DNA of 32,000 nt, taken from assembly GCA_964457925.1 (NCBI GenBank), contig CAYWGH010000020.1, positions 89,059 through 121,058 on the forward strand. The letters are read 5' to 3'. The position numbers and the translations under genes were made by a program. Below the pieces are notes generated by a model that was not told the DNA's origin, did not search any database, and saw nothing but the letters and a program-made list of their open reading frames with translations. This DNA is from an uncultured Cytophagia bacterium (GTDB lineage: Bacteria > Zhuqueibacterota > Zhuqueibacteria > Zhuqueibacterales > Zhuqueibacteraceae). Of this stretch, positions 23,251-31,523 are shown in pieces (position 1 is the stretch's first letter; each line of letters begins with the position of its first letter).

Positions 23251-25065
23251 ATGAACATTTTGGGAATTTCCGCCTTTTACCACGATAGCGCAGCCTGTAT
23301 CCTGCGCGAGGGCGAGATCATTGCCGCGGCGCAGGAAGAGCGTTTTACCCGCACGAAACATGATCCGGCCTTCCCGGCGCATGCCATTCGCTATTGTTTG
23401 CAAGCCGCTGGCATTTCGGCTGCCGAGCTTGATTATGTAGCTTTCTATGACAAGCCGTTTATCAAGTTCGAGCGCTTGTTACTGACGTATCTTGCTTATG
23501 CGCCTGCGGGGCTGGCCTCGTTTATCAAGGCCATGCCGCTTTGGCTCAAACACAAGTTGTGGCTGAAAGAATACATCCAGCGCGAGCTCGGCTTCTCGGG
23601 CAAAATCATTTTCCCGGAACATCACGAATCTCACGCCGCTTCGGCGTTTTATCCTTCACCGTTTGAAGAAGCGGCTTTTTTGACGATTGACGGCGTCGGC
23701 GAGTGGGCGACTGCAAGCTACGGTATCGGGCGCGGCAACGCCATTACCTTGCAAGCCGAGTTGATGTTCCCGCATTCGCTCGGTCTGTTGTATTCCGCCT
23801 TCACCTATTTTGCGGGTTTCAAAGTCAATTCCGGTGAATATAAATTGATGGGACTGGCTCCCTACGGCGAACCGAAATATGTCGAAGTCATCCTGAACGA
23901 ACTCCTCGATTTGAAAGAAGACGGTTCGTTTCGCATGAACATGAAGTATTTCGGCTATTGCGCCGGCCTTACCATGACGAACAAACGCTTTGCGCGCCTC
24001 TTTGGTGGGCCGCCGCGCAAACCCGAAGCGCCGCTCACGCAACGCGAGATGGATTTGGCGCGTTCGGTGCAGCAGGTGACGGAGGAAATCATGCTGCGCA
24101 TGGCGCGCCACGTTCACCGTGTGACCGGCATGAAAAAATTGGCGCTGGCCGGCGGCGTCGCGCTCAATTGTGTGGGCAACGGCCGCATCTTGCGGGAAGG
24201 CCCGTTCGAAGATATTTGGATTCAACCCGCAGCAGGCGATGCCGGCGGCGCACTTGGTGCAGCGCTTTACACTTGGTATCGCTATTTGGGAAATACGCGC
24301 GTTCTTGCCCGGAATGGCCGCGATGTCCAGCGCGGCTCTTATCTTGGTCCGAGCTTTAGTCATGCGGATATCGAAAATGTACTCACAAAAAACCAAACGG
24401 CCTTCAGGAAGCTGAGCGAGGCGGAAATCGCGCCCACGGCGGCCAGGCTGCTGGCCGAGGGAAATGTCGTGGGCTGGTTTCAGGGGCGGATGGAATTCGG
24501 GCCGCGCGCGCTCGGGGCGCGCAGCATACTCGGCGATGCGCGTTCGCCCAAGATGCAAGCGTTGATGAACCTAAAAATCAAATTTCGTGAGAGCTTCCGG
24601 CCGTTCGCGCCTGCGGTGTTGGCCGAGCGCGTCTCGGATTATTTCATGCTCGATCGTGAAAGCCCGTACATGCTGCTGGTGGCGCCGGTCTTACAAAAAT
24701 GGCGCACCGGTGACAGCGAAGATGGCGCGCTCGGGCTGGACAAACTAAAAGTCGTGCGCTCGACCATTCCCGCGGTGACGCATGTGGATTTTTCCGCGCG
24801 CATTCAGACCGTGCATCCGGAAGATCACCCGCGTTTTTATGCGTTGATTAAAGCTTTTGCCGAACTCACCAATTGTCCGGTAATCATCAACACCTCGTTT
24901 AACGTGCGCGGCGAGCCGATCGTGTGCACGCCGCAAGAGGCGCTCGCGTGTTTCATGCGCACAAATATGGATTATTTGGTTATGGAGAATTTTTTGATTG
25001 CCAAGAAGGATCAAAAAGAAATCGTGAAGGATTTTTCCTGGCAAAAACAATTCGAATTGGATTGA
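23251..25065 (+). CDS. NodU/CmcH-family carbamoyltransferase
   Basis: MNILGISAFYHDSAACILREGEIIAAAQEERFTRTKHD, HHESHAASAF, LAGGVALNC and the C-terminal NTSFNVRGEPIV are hallmark motifs of this family. The product is 604 aa. Confidence 0.92.
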   Translation: MNILGISAFYHDSAACILREGEIIAAAQEERFTRTKHDPAFPAHAIRYCLQAAGISAAELDYVAFYDKPFIKFERLLLTYLAYAPAGLASFIKAMPLWLKHKLWLKEYIQRELGFSGKIIFPEHHESHAASAFYPSPFEEAAFLTIDGVGEWATASYGIGRGNAITLQAELMFPHSLGLLYSAFTYFAGFKVNSGEYKLMGLAPYGEPKYVEVILNELLDLKEDGSFRMNMKYFGYCAGLTMTNKRFARLFGGPPRKPEAPLTQREMDLARSVQQVTEEIMLRMARHVHRVTGMKKLALAGGVALNCVGNGRILREGPFEDIWIQPAAGDAGGALGAALYTWYRYLGNTRVLARNGRDVQRGSYLGPSFSHADIENVLTKNQTAFRKLSEAEIAPTAARLLAEGNVVGWFQGRMEFGPRALGARSILGDARSPKMQALMNLKIKFRESFRPFAPAVLAERVSDYFMLDRESPYMLLVAPVLQKWRTGDSEDGALGLDKLKVVRSTIPAVTHVDFSARIQTVHPEDHPRFYALIKAFAELTNCPVIINTSFNVRGEPIVCTPQEALACFMRTNMDYLVMENFLIAKKDQKEIVKDFSWQKQFELD

Positions 25066-25091
25066 AACAAGCATTCACGAGAACAGCAACG

Positions 25092-25508
25092 ATGCTAGCG
25101 CAGGAAATCAAAAACATCCCAACGACGCCGCACGAACTTAAACGTTTCGGCCTCATGATGGGACTCATTTTGTTCGCGATTGCCGTTTACTTATTTTGGA
25201 AAGAAAAGGGAGGTTATCCTTACTTCGCTGCGGTGGGAGCAATTTTCGCGGGAACCGGACTGCTTCAGCCAAAGTTGCTGCGCCCGGTGTATCAGGGCTG
25301 GATGACGCTTGCCGTGATCATGGGTTTTGTCATGACGCGCGTGATCTTGACCGTTTTGTTTTTCGGTTTATTCACGCCCATGGCGCTCATCGCGAAGTTG
25401 CTGGGCAAGGATTTACTGCAGCAACGGTGGGATAAAAATGCCCGCACGTATTGGGTAATGCGAAAAAACGGCGATTTTGAGCCAAAATCCGCGGAGAGAA
25501 TGTTTTAG
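25092..25508 (+). CDS. SxtJ-family small membrane protein
   Basis: The ATG at 25092 lies inside track ORF 24924..25508. The sequence ELKRFGLMMGLILFAIAVYLF...LLRPVYQGWMTLAVIMGFVMTRVILTVLFFGLFTPMALIAKLLGKDLL matches the SxtJ pattern as I remember it. It sits immediately downstream of the carbamoyltransferase, which is its usual context. Confidence 0.75.
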   Translation: MLAQEIKNIPTTPHELKRFGLMMGLILFAIAVYLFWKEKGGYPYFAAVGAIFAGTGLLQPKLLRPVYQGWMTLAVIMGFVMTRVILTVLFFGLFTPMALIAKLLGKDLLQQRWDKNARTYWVMRKNGDFEPKSAERMF

Positions 25509-25526
25509 TAAACGCGATCATGCCTT

Positions 25527-25925
25527 CTAAATCAACCACGGAATCAAAACACCCAGGCCAAGCAAAATGACCAGAGTGACCACCATTTTGTCGATGGCAT
25601 ACGTCGTTTTGCTCGTCCAAATTTTTATATTGACAAACAACGCCAGCACGACGGATAATATGAAAAAGTATAGGTCATTTCGAATCAAATGATAAATTCC
25701 CGCCCCGATAAATCCCCACAATAACGAGCCGCTGGCGACGATCGCAATAAACATGAAGCTGGCACTGGTGGGCTGTTCAGCATAAGACATTTCTTGCGAG
25801 GCGTTAGGCCCTTTGCGCGCCGCAATCTTCGCTGCGACGAGATTTTTCGTCCGCAGGAAAACGTACAAGACACAAACAATTCCGACCATCAAACCCGCTG
25901 CCAAGCCGACTAACACTGTTTGCAT
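25527..25925 (-). CDS. Small integral membrane protein (about 4 TM helices), unknown function
   Basis: The 132-aa product has four hydrophobic segments. An AAGGA-like site precedes the ATG at 25925. It is co-oriented with the GWxTD gene and starts 58 nt downstream of it. Confidence 0.6.
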   Translation of the reverse strand: MQTVLVGLAAGLMVGIVCVLYVFLRTKNLVAAKIAARKGPNASQEMSYAEQPTSASFMFIAIVASGSLLWGFIGAGIYHLIRNDLYFFILSVVLALFVNIKIWTSKTTYAIDKMVVTLVILLGLGVLIPWLI

Positions 25926-25983
25926 AATTTTTCCTTTGCGATTACAAAACGATGCTACCGCTCACGCCTGCGGCCTTGCGCCG

Positions 25984-27348
25984 TCAACGATTCACGAGTT
26001 TATAATCTCCCGAACCTTCTTTATCACGGAAGACGAAATAGCGGTCGCGGTGCGGATAAAGCCAAACTTCATACGGCGAGGAGCCTTCTTCTTCGAGCCG
26101 ATGATGCACCTCTTGCGGCGGACCAAAGACGATGTAAACCCTCCCGCGATCCGTTTCCCAGCCTGATTTGCTGGCGCCATGAATCGAGAAGCGGGTTTCC
26201 GCAAAAGCCACACGGCGATAGAACTCGTCACGCAGTTCGTTCCTCTCTGTACCCGGGGTGGGGTCGCGCTCGCGCCAGAACGCAGCGATTAAGCTGTCGC
26301 GTTTTGCGGCATCGGTTTTAGCGGCAATCCGTTTGAATTCTGCAGTGCTGCTGATGTATTGCAAAACGCCGTACGGCATCTGGCGAAAGTCGATGTTTGC
26401 TGAGTCGCCTGCTTCCAGCTCGAATGCAGGAAGGTTCACGCGAAAATCAACCTGCGCGGAGACCGTATCGGCGCCGCGCCTCACGTAGAGCGTGAGACTC
26501 TGCGGCCCTTGATAGTTGACGCGCCGGCCCAGCGGTTCGAAATGAGCTAGCATGGACGCGCCCGCCGTAAGTTGATGCTCCCAAGTCTCCAGAGTGATTT
26601 TACGCCAGTCGCTGATCGTGTATCTCAACTGAAGCGTATCGCCTGGAGTAATGCCATAAACTTCATAGTACACGCCCTGGCTTTCATCCTGGCTCGTCAG
26701 CAAGCCGGCAAAATTGTATGCAATTGAATCTGTCTCCGCCAGGCGATATCCCAACGCCAGCGCGCTCACGTGCAGGCGGCGATCATCAATGTCAGCCAGC
26801 GTGATCGGGTAGTTTCGCCTGAGCCGCTTGTGTGTATCTAAATCGGTGATTTCAATGCGCAGCTCGTATTTGCCCGGCGGAACAATGAACGTCGTTTGCT
26901 CCTGATTGAGATGGAGACGATCATTGGTCGCGCTGAAGCTCTCAACATAAAGGCGCCGCTTCCAGGTGCGGCCGTCGACAAAGGTATTTTCGTGAGTGAA
27001 AAGCGCAAGCGAAGTTTCGTATGCGGCATGATAACGGTTGGCATCTTCCTTGACGAATTGGAGGAGATCATTCACCAGTCCGAATCGAATGTCCAATCGA
27101 ATCCGGCCGTCTGCGGCGGCAAAACGATATGGCCGCAGAACGAAAGCTGGTAATCCCGTGATGCGCCCAAAAGACTGAGAACGGTCGCCTTTTTGTGTGC
27201 TTCCCTCTTCTTGTGCAAGAGCCGCTGCCGCCCACGGAGCGATACTCCCAGACTCAAATGAAGCCAGCATGAAGCATCCCAACAAAAACGACCCAAGAGT
27301 TTTGTGGTACCGGCGAGATTGGTTTTCGTGAGTCTCTGTTCTGCGCAT
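25984..27348 (-). CDS. GWxTD domain-containing protein
   Basis: The C-terminal region contains ...AAFWRERDPTPGTERNELRDEFYRRVAFAETRFS...SKSGWETDRGRVYIVFGPPQEV..., the GWxTD signature. I prefer the ATG at 27348 (MRRTETHENQ...LGSFLLGCFMLASF), which precedes a hydrophobic signal-like segment. The track start at 27417 is also possible. Confidence 0.8.
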   Translation of the reverse strand: MRRTETHENQSRRYHKTLGSFLLGCFMLASFESGSIAPWAAAALAQEEGSTQKGDRSQSFGRITGLPAFVLRPYRFAAADGRIRLDIRFGLVNDLLQFVKEDANRYHAAYETSLALFTHENTFVDGRTWKRRLYVESFSATNDRLHLNQEQTTFIVPPGKYELRIEITDLDTHKRLRRNYPITLADIDDRRLHVSALALGYRLAETDSIAYNFAGLLTSQDESQGVYYEVYGITPGDTLQLRYTISDWRKITLETWEHQLTAGASMLAHFEPLGRRVNYQGPQSLTLYVRRGADTVSAQVDFRVNLPAFELEAGDSANIDFRQMPYGVLQYISSTAEFKRIAAKTDAAKRDSLIAAFWRERDPTPGTERNELRDEFYRRVAFAETRFSIHGASKSGWETDRGRVYIVFGPPQEVHHRLEEEGSSPYEVWLYPHRDRYFVFRDKEGSGDYKLVNR

Positions 27349-27554
27349 GCTGGAAAAGCAAACCTTGCAATAGTTCCGGCCGTGTGCCGATCCTTCGACG
27401 CATATTCCTACCCACACACTAGCGAAAGTGCAGAAAGTCAGTTGCGTTATGACAAAATTATCGAGCGGAGAAGTGACGGGCGTAATTGGATGCCATTGGC
27501 AAAGGAGGCATTGTTTTGTTCGAACCTCCGCCCGGAGCGTTACGGCGACATTCT

Positions 27555-30500
27555 TTAAAACTCGGTGCCGAGAGAAAAATAATACCGCGGCTTTGAAGCG
27601 CCGTGGCTCAATTTCGTAGTCCAGGCGATATCGAGTCGCAACAGCAAAAAACCGAGATTGGCGCGTGAGCCGATGCCATAACCCATTAGCAAATCGTTTA
27701 GGGTAGGCAAGCGCGAGGATGAATCTTTGAAGGGTTGAAATTTTTCATAATTGCCGATTTCACCCTGCCAAGCCGCGCCGATATCGGTGAACAATGTGCC
27801 ACGCACATTGTGCAGTGACAGCGGCAGTGGCCATCCCAACTCCATTTGCCGGATCATGGGAAAGCGAAATTCCAAATTCATCAACGCGAAACGATTGCCG
27901 GTTTTTTCATAATAGCTCGCGCCACGCAACGGCGTTTCGAAGCTCGAAAAATAGATGTCTTCAGGCCGGTCAATGCGAATGCCGCCGCTGAAACGCTGGT
28001 TGAGCCAGTTATCGAGGCCGCCGAGAAAAAATTGTTGCGACTCGCTGCCTTCGGAGAAGCCGCCGGCCAGGCGCATCACAAAATTGTACTCTTTGAAAAA
28101 TTTGTAATACTTGCGTACATCGCCGCGCAGGGTGACAAATCCGAGCCCGTTGTTCGCGTCAATTTTCGGCGACAGCGATACGGAAAATTCCGAGCGGCTG
28201 CCGTTGTTCGGGCCGGTCCAACCCCATAGCGCTGTGTCAGTCACATAAGCAAGACTGCCGACCAGCACACGCAGGCGCTCCAGCGGAACCTCGGTGGTGC
28301 TCATAAATTCCCGGTTGATGCCCAGCCAGGTCACGCCTGCCTCAAGACGCCGAAATGTGCTGAACGGGCGGGAGGCGAGTAGCGACAGGCCGTAGTAACG
28401 ATCACGCATCAAACCGACATTACTGCTGTAGAAATACCACGCATTGTGAAAGGCAGCCAAGCCATAATCCGTTCGCCGCGGCAAATGAAAATAGCGCACG
28501 AGATAATTTGAATTGCGAATATCATAAAACAAATCGGTGACGAGATCGAGGCGCTGATTGCCAAGCACATCTGACAACGAGATTTGTGTCTGGCCCTGCA
28601 CGCCGAAGAATTGGCTGTAGCCGGCGTTGCCATAGACAATGTCCGGGGTAAATTTGGTTTTGTAATCGCGCACAATGTACTCACCGGTCTCGGTCTTGTA
28701 GCGCGCGGTATCATCGAACGCGATGCGATCCTCGCGTGGTGTGATAATGCCGCTGGCGAAATCTTTGCCGAAGACATAATACCGGTATTTATCAAGCATG
28801 CGATCTTCGCGCGCTTCCGCGGCGCTGTGCATGGTGGTATCGCGTTGCGTCTTGCGTTTTTCCTCGAGCTGCGTGAGAAACGTGGTTTTCTCGACGATGA
28901 TTTCGTCGGGTCTGAGGTCAAGCGGATTCTTGAGTAAAAAGATATCATAGCCGGCGTTGTAAAATGAAACAAATGTCATGCGCGAGCCGTCGCCCGCCCA
29001 CGAGAGATGAAAAGCGCCGGAAATGAGGTTCGTGAGGGGATAGTCTGCGCCAGTCGCGAGATCGTGCAGATAGATGTTGTAAATGCCGGAACGGTCGCTC
29101 GTGAACGCGATCCTATCGCCCTGCGGCGAGTAAACCGGCGATTTTTCGAGAAAAGGCGTATCGGTGATTTGTGTGATTTTGCCGCCGTGTTCAACCCCCA
29201 CGGCATCGATAAGATACACATCAAGATTGCGATAATCGCTGCGCCAAATTTTGAAATTTGTGTCCAGGCTGGCGGGATCGACGAAGCTGCCGCGATCGCT
29301 GATGAACGCCAGCCGCGCTCCGTCGGGCGAGTAGGAGGGATCGAGATCGCTGAAGATATCATCGGTGATTTTGCGGAGCTTTTGCGTTTGCAAGGTCACT
29401 GCGAAAATGTCGCATTGGCCGTTGATGGTGCCGACAAAAGCGATTTCATCATTTTGGGGCGACCAGGTGGGCGAGAAAACGCCGTCCAGGCCGAATTTCA
29501 GGCTGCGGACGATTTTGCGTTTCTGGACCTCAACTACATGCAAGGCGTCTTCAGCGCCCGCCTTCGCGGCAAAAACGATGAACTTGCCGTCCGGCGACCA
29601 ACTGATGCCGGGCCGTAACCAATGCAATTCCTCGAGATTGTCCGTCTTTTGACCGCTGACGAGCTTGCTGATCATCTTGCCGTCGATCGCACTCATCAAA
29701 TAAATGTCAAAGTAATCGGATTTGTCCGAGAGAAACGCAACGAGATCACCGTTGGGGGACAATGCCGCACTGTTGTTGATGAAATTACGATAGGCAACAT
29801 GATCCGTGAGCGGCTTGGCGATTTCATGCGGCTCCTGGCGATTGGCAATATCCGGCCAGTATTCCTTTTTGAGATGTTTGTGCCAGCTCTTGCTGAGATC
29901 ATCAATCTCGACGCCGAGAGATTGCCGTACTGCGCGCTCGAGGCTTTTGGTGATTTTGACCTTGTTCATCAGCTCGCCGATTTTTTCCGGGCCGTATTTT
30001 TGCGCGAGATAATACAGCACAGATTGCCCGCCCTTGTATGCCAGGAAGCCGTAGCGGCTGAGATCATCAATTGGGGGGGCATATCCGTTGAGCGCGGCAT
30101 CGCGCATAAACATATCGCTTTCCGTATCCCAACCGCGGCTTTCATATTCCGCCAAACCTTCAATGAACCACAAGGGAATGTGCGAGCGCGCCATTCCGGC
30201 GAGAATCGCCTGCATGCCCGAGCCGTAAACCATTTGCAACATCACCGCATGCGTCAATTCATGATGAATCACGTGCCGGAATTTCTCCCAATCGCCTTCG
30301 TAGGGAATCACCACGCGGTTTTTAAAGAACTCCGTGAAACCGCCGACCGATTCTTCCGGCGGGCCGAGGCTGAGATTGGTCTGCTGAAAATCATTGTGGC
30401 TGTTATACACGACAATGGTGATGCGGTCGATCAATTCGTAGCGAAAATTTTCCTGCAACTCATCATAACTGTGTTCGGCGATTTCGGCAACGAATTCCGC

Positions 30501-30677
30501 CAGCGTTTCACCGCCTTCGTGAAAGTAAATATCAAAATGCGTTGATTGGATATACTTGGTTTTGAACGTCTTGTATTGAACGTGATTCTTGCCGAAGATT
30601 TGGGCGTGTAGCATTGGCGTGTGCACGAGAAAAAGGGAGGCCAAGATCAACGTATGCGTGAGAATTTTTTGCGTCAT
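27555..30677 (-). CDS. Mosaic outer-membrane protein: signal peptide + peptidase-MA-like HExxH domain + TolB-like PD40 beta-propeller repeats + C-terminal Omp85/BamA-like beta-barrel
   Basis: The ATG at 30677 has an AAGGAGA sequence upstream and the product begins with a signal peptide, MTQKILTHTLILASLFLVHTPMLHAQ. The zinc motif VIHHELTHAV is followed about 30 aa later by WFIEGLAEYE, a gluzincin-like arrangement. Six PD40-type repeats are present (SPNGDLVAFLSD, SWSPDGKFIVFAA, TWSPQNDEIAFVG, SYSPDGARLAFISDRG, VYSPQGDRIAFTSDRSG, SWAGDGSRMTFVS). The last ~330 aa are Gly/aromatic-rich amphipathic strands ending ...YYFSLGTEF, an OMP beta-signal with a terminal Phe. The 94-aa Cys/Arg-rich extension in the track ORF (to 30959) is rejected. 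Confidence 0.85.
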   Translation of the reverse strand: MTQKILTHTLILASLFLVHTPMLHAQIFGKNHVQYKTFKTKYIQSTHFDIYFHEGGETLAEFVAEIAEHSYDELQENFRYELIDRITIVVYNSHNDFQQTNLSLGPPEESVGGFTEFFKNRVVIPYEGDWEKFRHVIHHELTHAVMLQMVYGSGMQAILAGMARSHIPLWFIEGLAEYESRGWDTESDMFMRDAALNGYAPPIDDLSRYGFLAYKGGQSVLYYLAQKYGPEKIGELMNKVKITKSLERAVRQSLGVEIDDLSKSWHKHLKKEYWPDIANRQEPHEIAKPLTDHVAYRNFINNSAALSPNGDLVAFLSDKSDYFDIYLMSAIDGKMISKLVSGQKTDNLEELHWLRPGISWSPDGKFIVFAAKAGAEDALHVVEVQKRKIVRSLKFGLDGVFSPTWSPQNDEIAFVGTINGQCDIFAVTLQTQKLRKITDDIFSDLDPSYSPDGARLAFISDRGSFVDPASLDTNFKIWRSDYRNLDVYLIDAVGVEHGGKITQITDTPFLEKSPVYSPQGDRIAFTSDRSGIYNIYLHDLATGADYPLTNLISGAFHLSWAGDGSRMTFVSFYNAGYDIFLLKNPLDLRPDEIIVEKTTFLTQLEEKRKTQRDTTMHSAAEAREDRMLDKYRYYVFGKDFASGIITPREDRIAFDDTARYKTETGEYIVRDYKTKFTPDIVYGNAGYSQFFGVQGQTQISLSDVLGNQRLDLVTDLFYDIRNSNYLVRYFHLPRRTDYGLAAFHNAWYFYSSNVGLMRDRYYGLSLLASRPFSTFRRLEAGVTWLGINREFMSTTEVPLERLRVLVGSLAYVTDTALWGWTGPNNGSRSEFSVSLSPKIDANNGLGFVTLRGDVRKYYKFFKEYNFVMRLAGGFSEGSESQQFFLGGLDNWLNQRFSGGIRIDRPEDIYFSSFETPLRGASYYEKTGNRFALMNLEFRFPMIRQMELGWPLPLSLHNVRGTLFTDIGAAWQGEIGNYEKFQPFKDSSSRLPTLNDLLMGYGIGSRANLGFLLLRLDIAWTTKLSHGASKPRYYFSLGTEF

Positions 30678-30803
30678 GCGTTCTCCTTGGGCAAGGCTGC
30701 CGGCCCTGGCATCATGTGAAGCGAACAAGCCCGATAACGGGCGAACTCTCGAAAAAAGTTTACCATTCGCAAACGACTCCGGTGGGCAATGGTTCCAAAG
30801 CCC

Positions 30804-30832
30804 TTGACATTCAAGCGCGCGATGCGTATTGT
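30804..30832 (+). promoter_or_regulatory. Sigma70-type promoter driving the small Cys-rich ORF / lipoprotein / rlmB direction
   Basis: The sequence is TTGACA (30804-30809), a 17-nt spacer, then TATTGT (30827-30832). Confidence 0.5.
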
Positions 30833-30876
30833 GGTCACCTAGTGATTTAGAACCGGTGCAACATGTTTGGTTGACT

Positions 30877-31068
30877 ATGCAAGTCGGGCTTTGTGAACAT
30901 TGTAAACATGTACAGGTCATTTCTAACCGTCGCGGAAGCCGTTTTCTCCTCTGCCGCAAGTCAGAAAGCGATCCGGCTTTTTCAAAATATCCTCGGCTGC
31001 CGGTATGGTCATGCGGCGGTTATGTTCCGGCCAATTCAACACATACCGGCGCTGAGTCCAAGAAATGA
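30877..31068 (+). CDS. Small (63 aa) Cys-rich conserved hypothetical protein, zinc-ribbon-like CxxC...C...C
   Basis: The product is MQVGLCEHCKHVQVISNRRGSRFLLCRKSESDPAFSKYPRLPVWSCGGY.... The pattern CxxC..(R)GS.FLLC....DP.F.KYP.LPV..C.GY matches a widespread small hypothetical family as I recall it. The ATG lies ~40 nt downstream of the candidate promoter. No strong Shine-Dalgarno is present. Confidence 0.5.
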   Translation: MQVGLCEHCKHVQVISNRRGSRFLLCRKSESDPAFSKYPRLPVWSCGGYVPANSTHTGAESKK

Positions 31069-31104
31069 AAGGCTCAGTGCCAATCTCAATTCAGGAGATA
31101 GAAC

Positions 31105-31470
31105 ATGCGGTCTTTGAAGTTTCTGTGGATGGTTTTGCTCGGCCTCGGCCTGATGCTCTCCTGCGGCAAGCGTGATGATCGCGACGACATTCGTGCGCGA
31201 TATGGCGAGCCGGAAGAGATTCAAATTCGTGGCCGCGATATTGCCTATAGCGAAGTTTGGTTTTATTACAGCTTTGGTCAAGGGTTTGAATTCCGCCGCA
31301 CCGCGGGATGCGGCAGTTATCAAGATACATATCTTTATGCTCCCTTCTATTTCACTCCAGTTTCGGATACCGGTGCGGTTGCCCTGGAAGCGCCGGACTC
31401 ACTCAAGCAGCGGTTATCAACAAAAAGCCCGTTGCTGCCGCCCTCCGATGGAATTTTTGCGCCTCATTGA
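31105..31470 (+). CDS. Hypothetical lipoprotein
   Basis: MRSLKFLWMVLLGLGLMLSC|GK is a lipobox. An AGGAGA sequence lies 6 nt upstream of the ATG. I recognise no domain. Confidence 0.65.
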   Translation: MRSLKFLWMVLLGLGLMLSCGKRDDRDDIRARYGEPEEIQIRGRDIAYSEVWFYYSFGQGFEFRRTAGCGSYQDTYLYAPFYFTPVSDTGAVALEAPDSLKQRLSTKSPLLPPSDGIFAPH

Positions 31471-31523
31471 GCGAGGTTTTTCAAACGAAAGCGATTTGTT
31501 TTCGGTTGTTTGATGGAGAGAAT

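Noticed and set aside
24924-25091. The upstream part of track ORF 24924..25508, which overlaps the 3' end of the carbamoyltransferase gene.
   Set aside because: This segment (MHAARGARVFHAHKYG...) overlaps the well-supported carbamoyltransferase frame. The SxtJ-like similarity begins only at the internal ATG at 25092, just after the upstream stop codon.
30678-30959. A 94-aa N-terminal extension of the Omp85 mosaic ORF (MRQRRKRLPRRLEMTCTCLQCSQ...).
   Set aside because: The internal ATG at 30677 has a strong AAGGAGA Shine-Dalgarno and is immediately followed by a canonical signal peptide. The extension is Cys/Arg-rich. It also overlaps a divergent promoter and the small Cys-rich ORF on the other strand.
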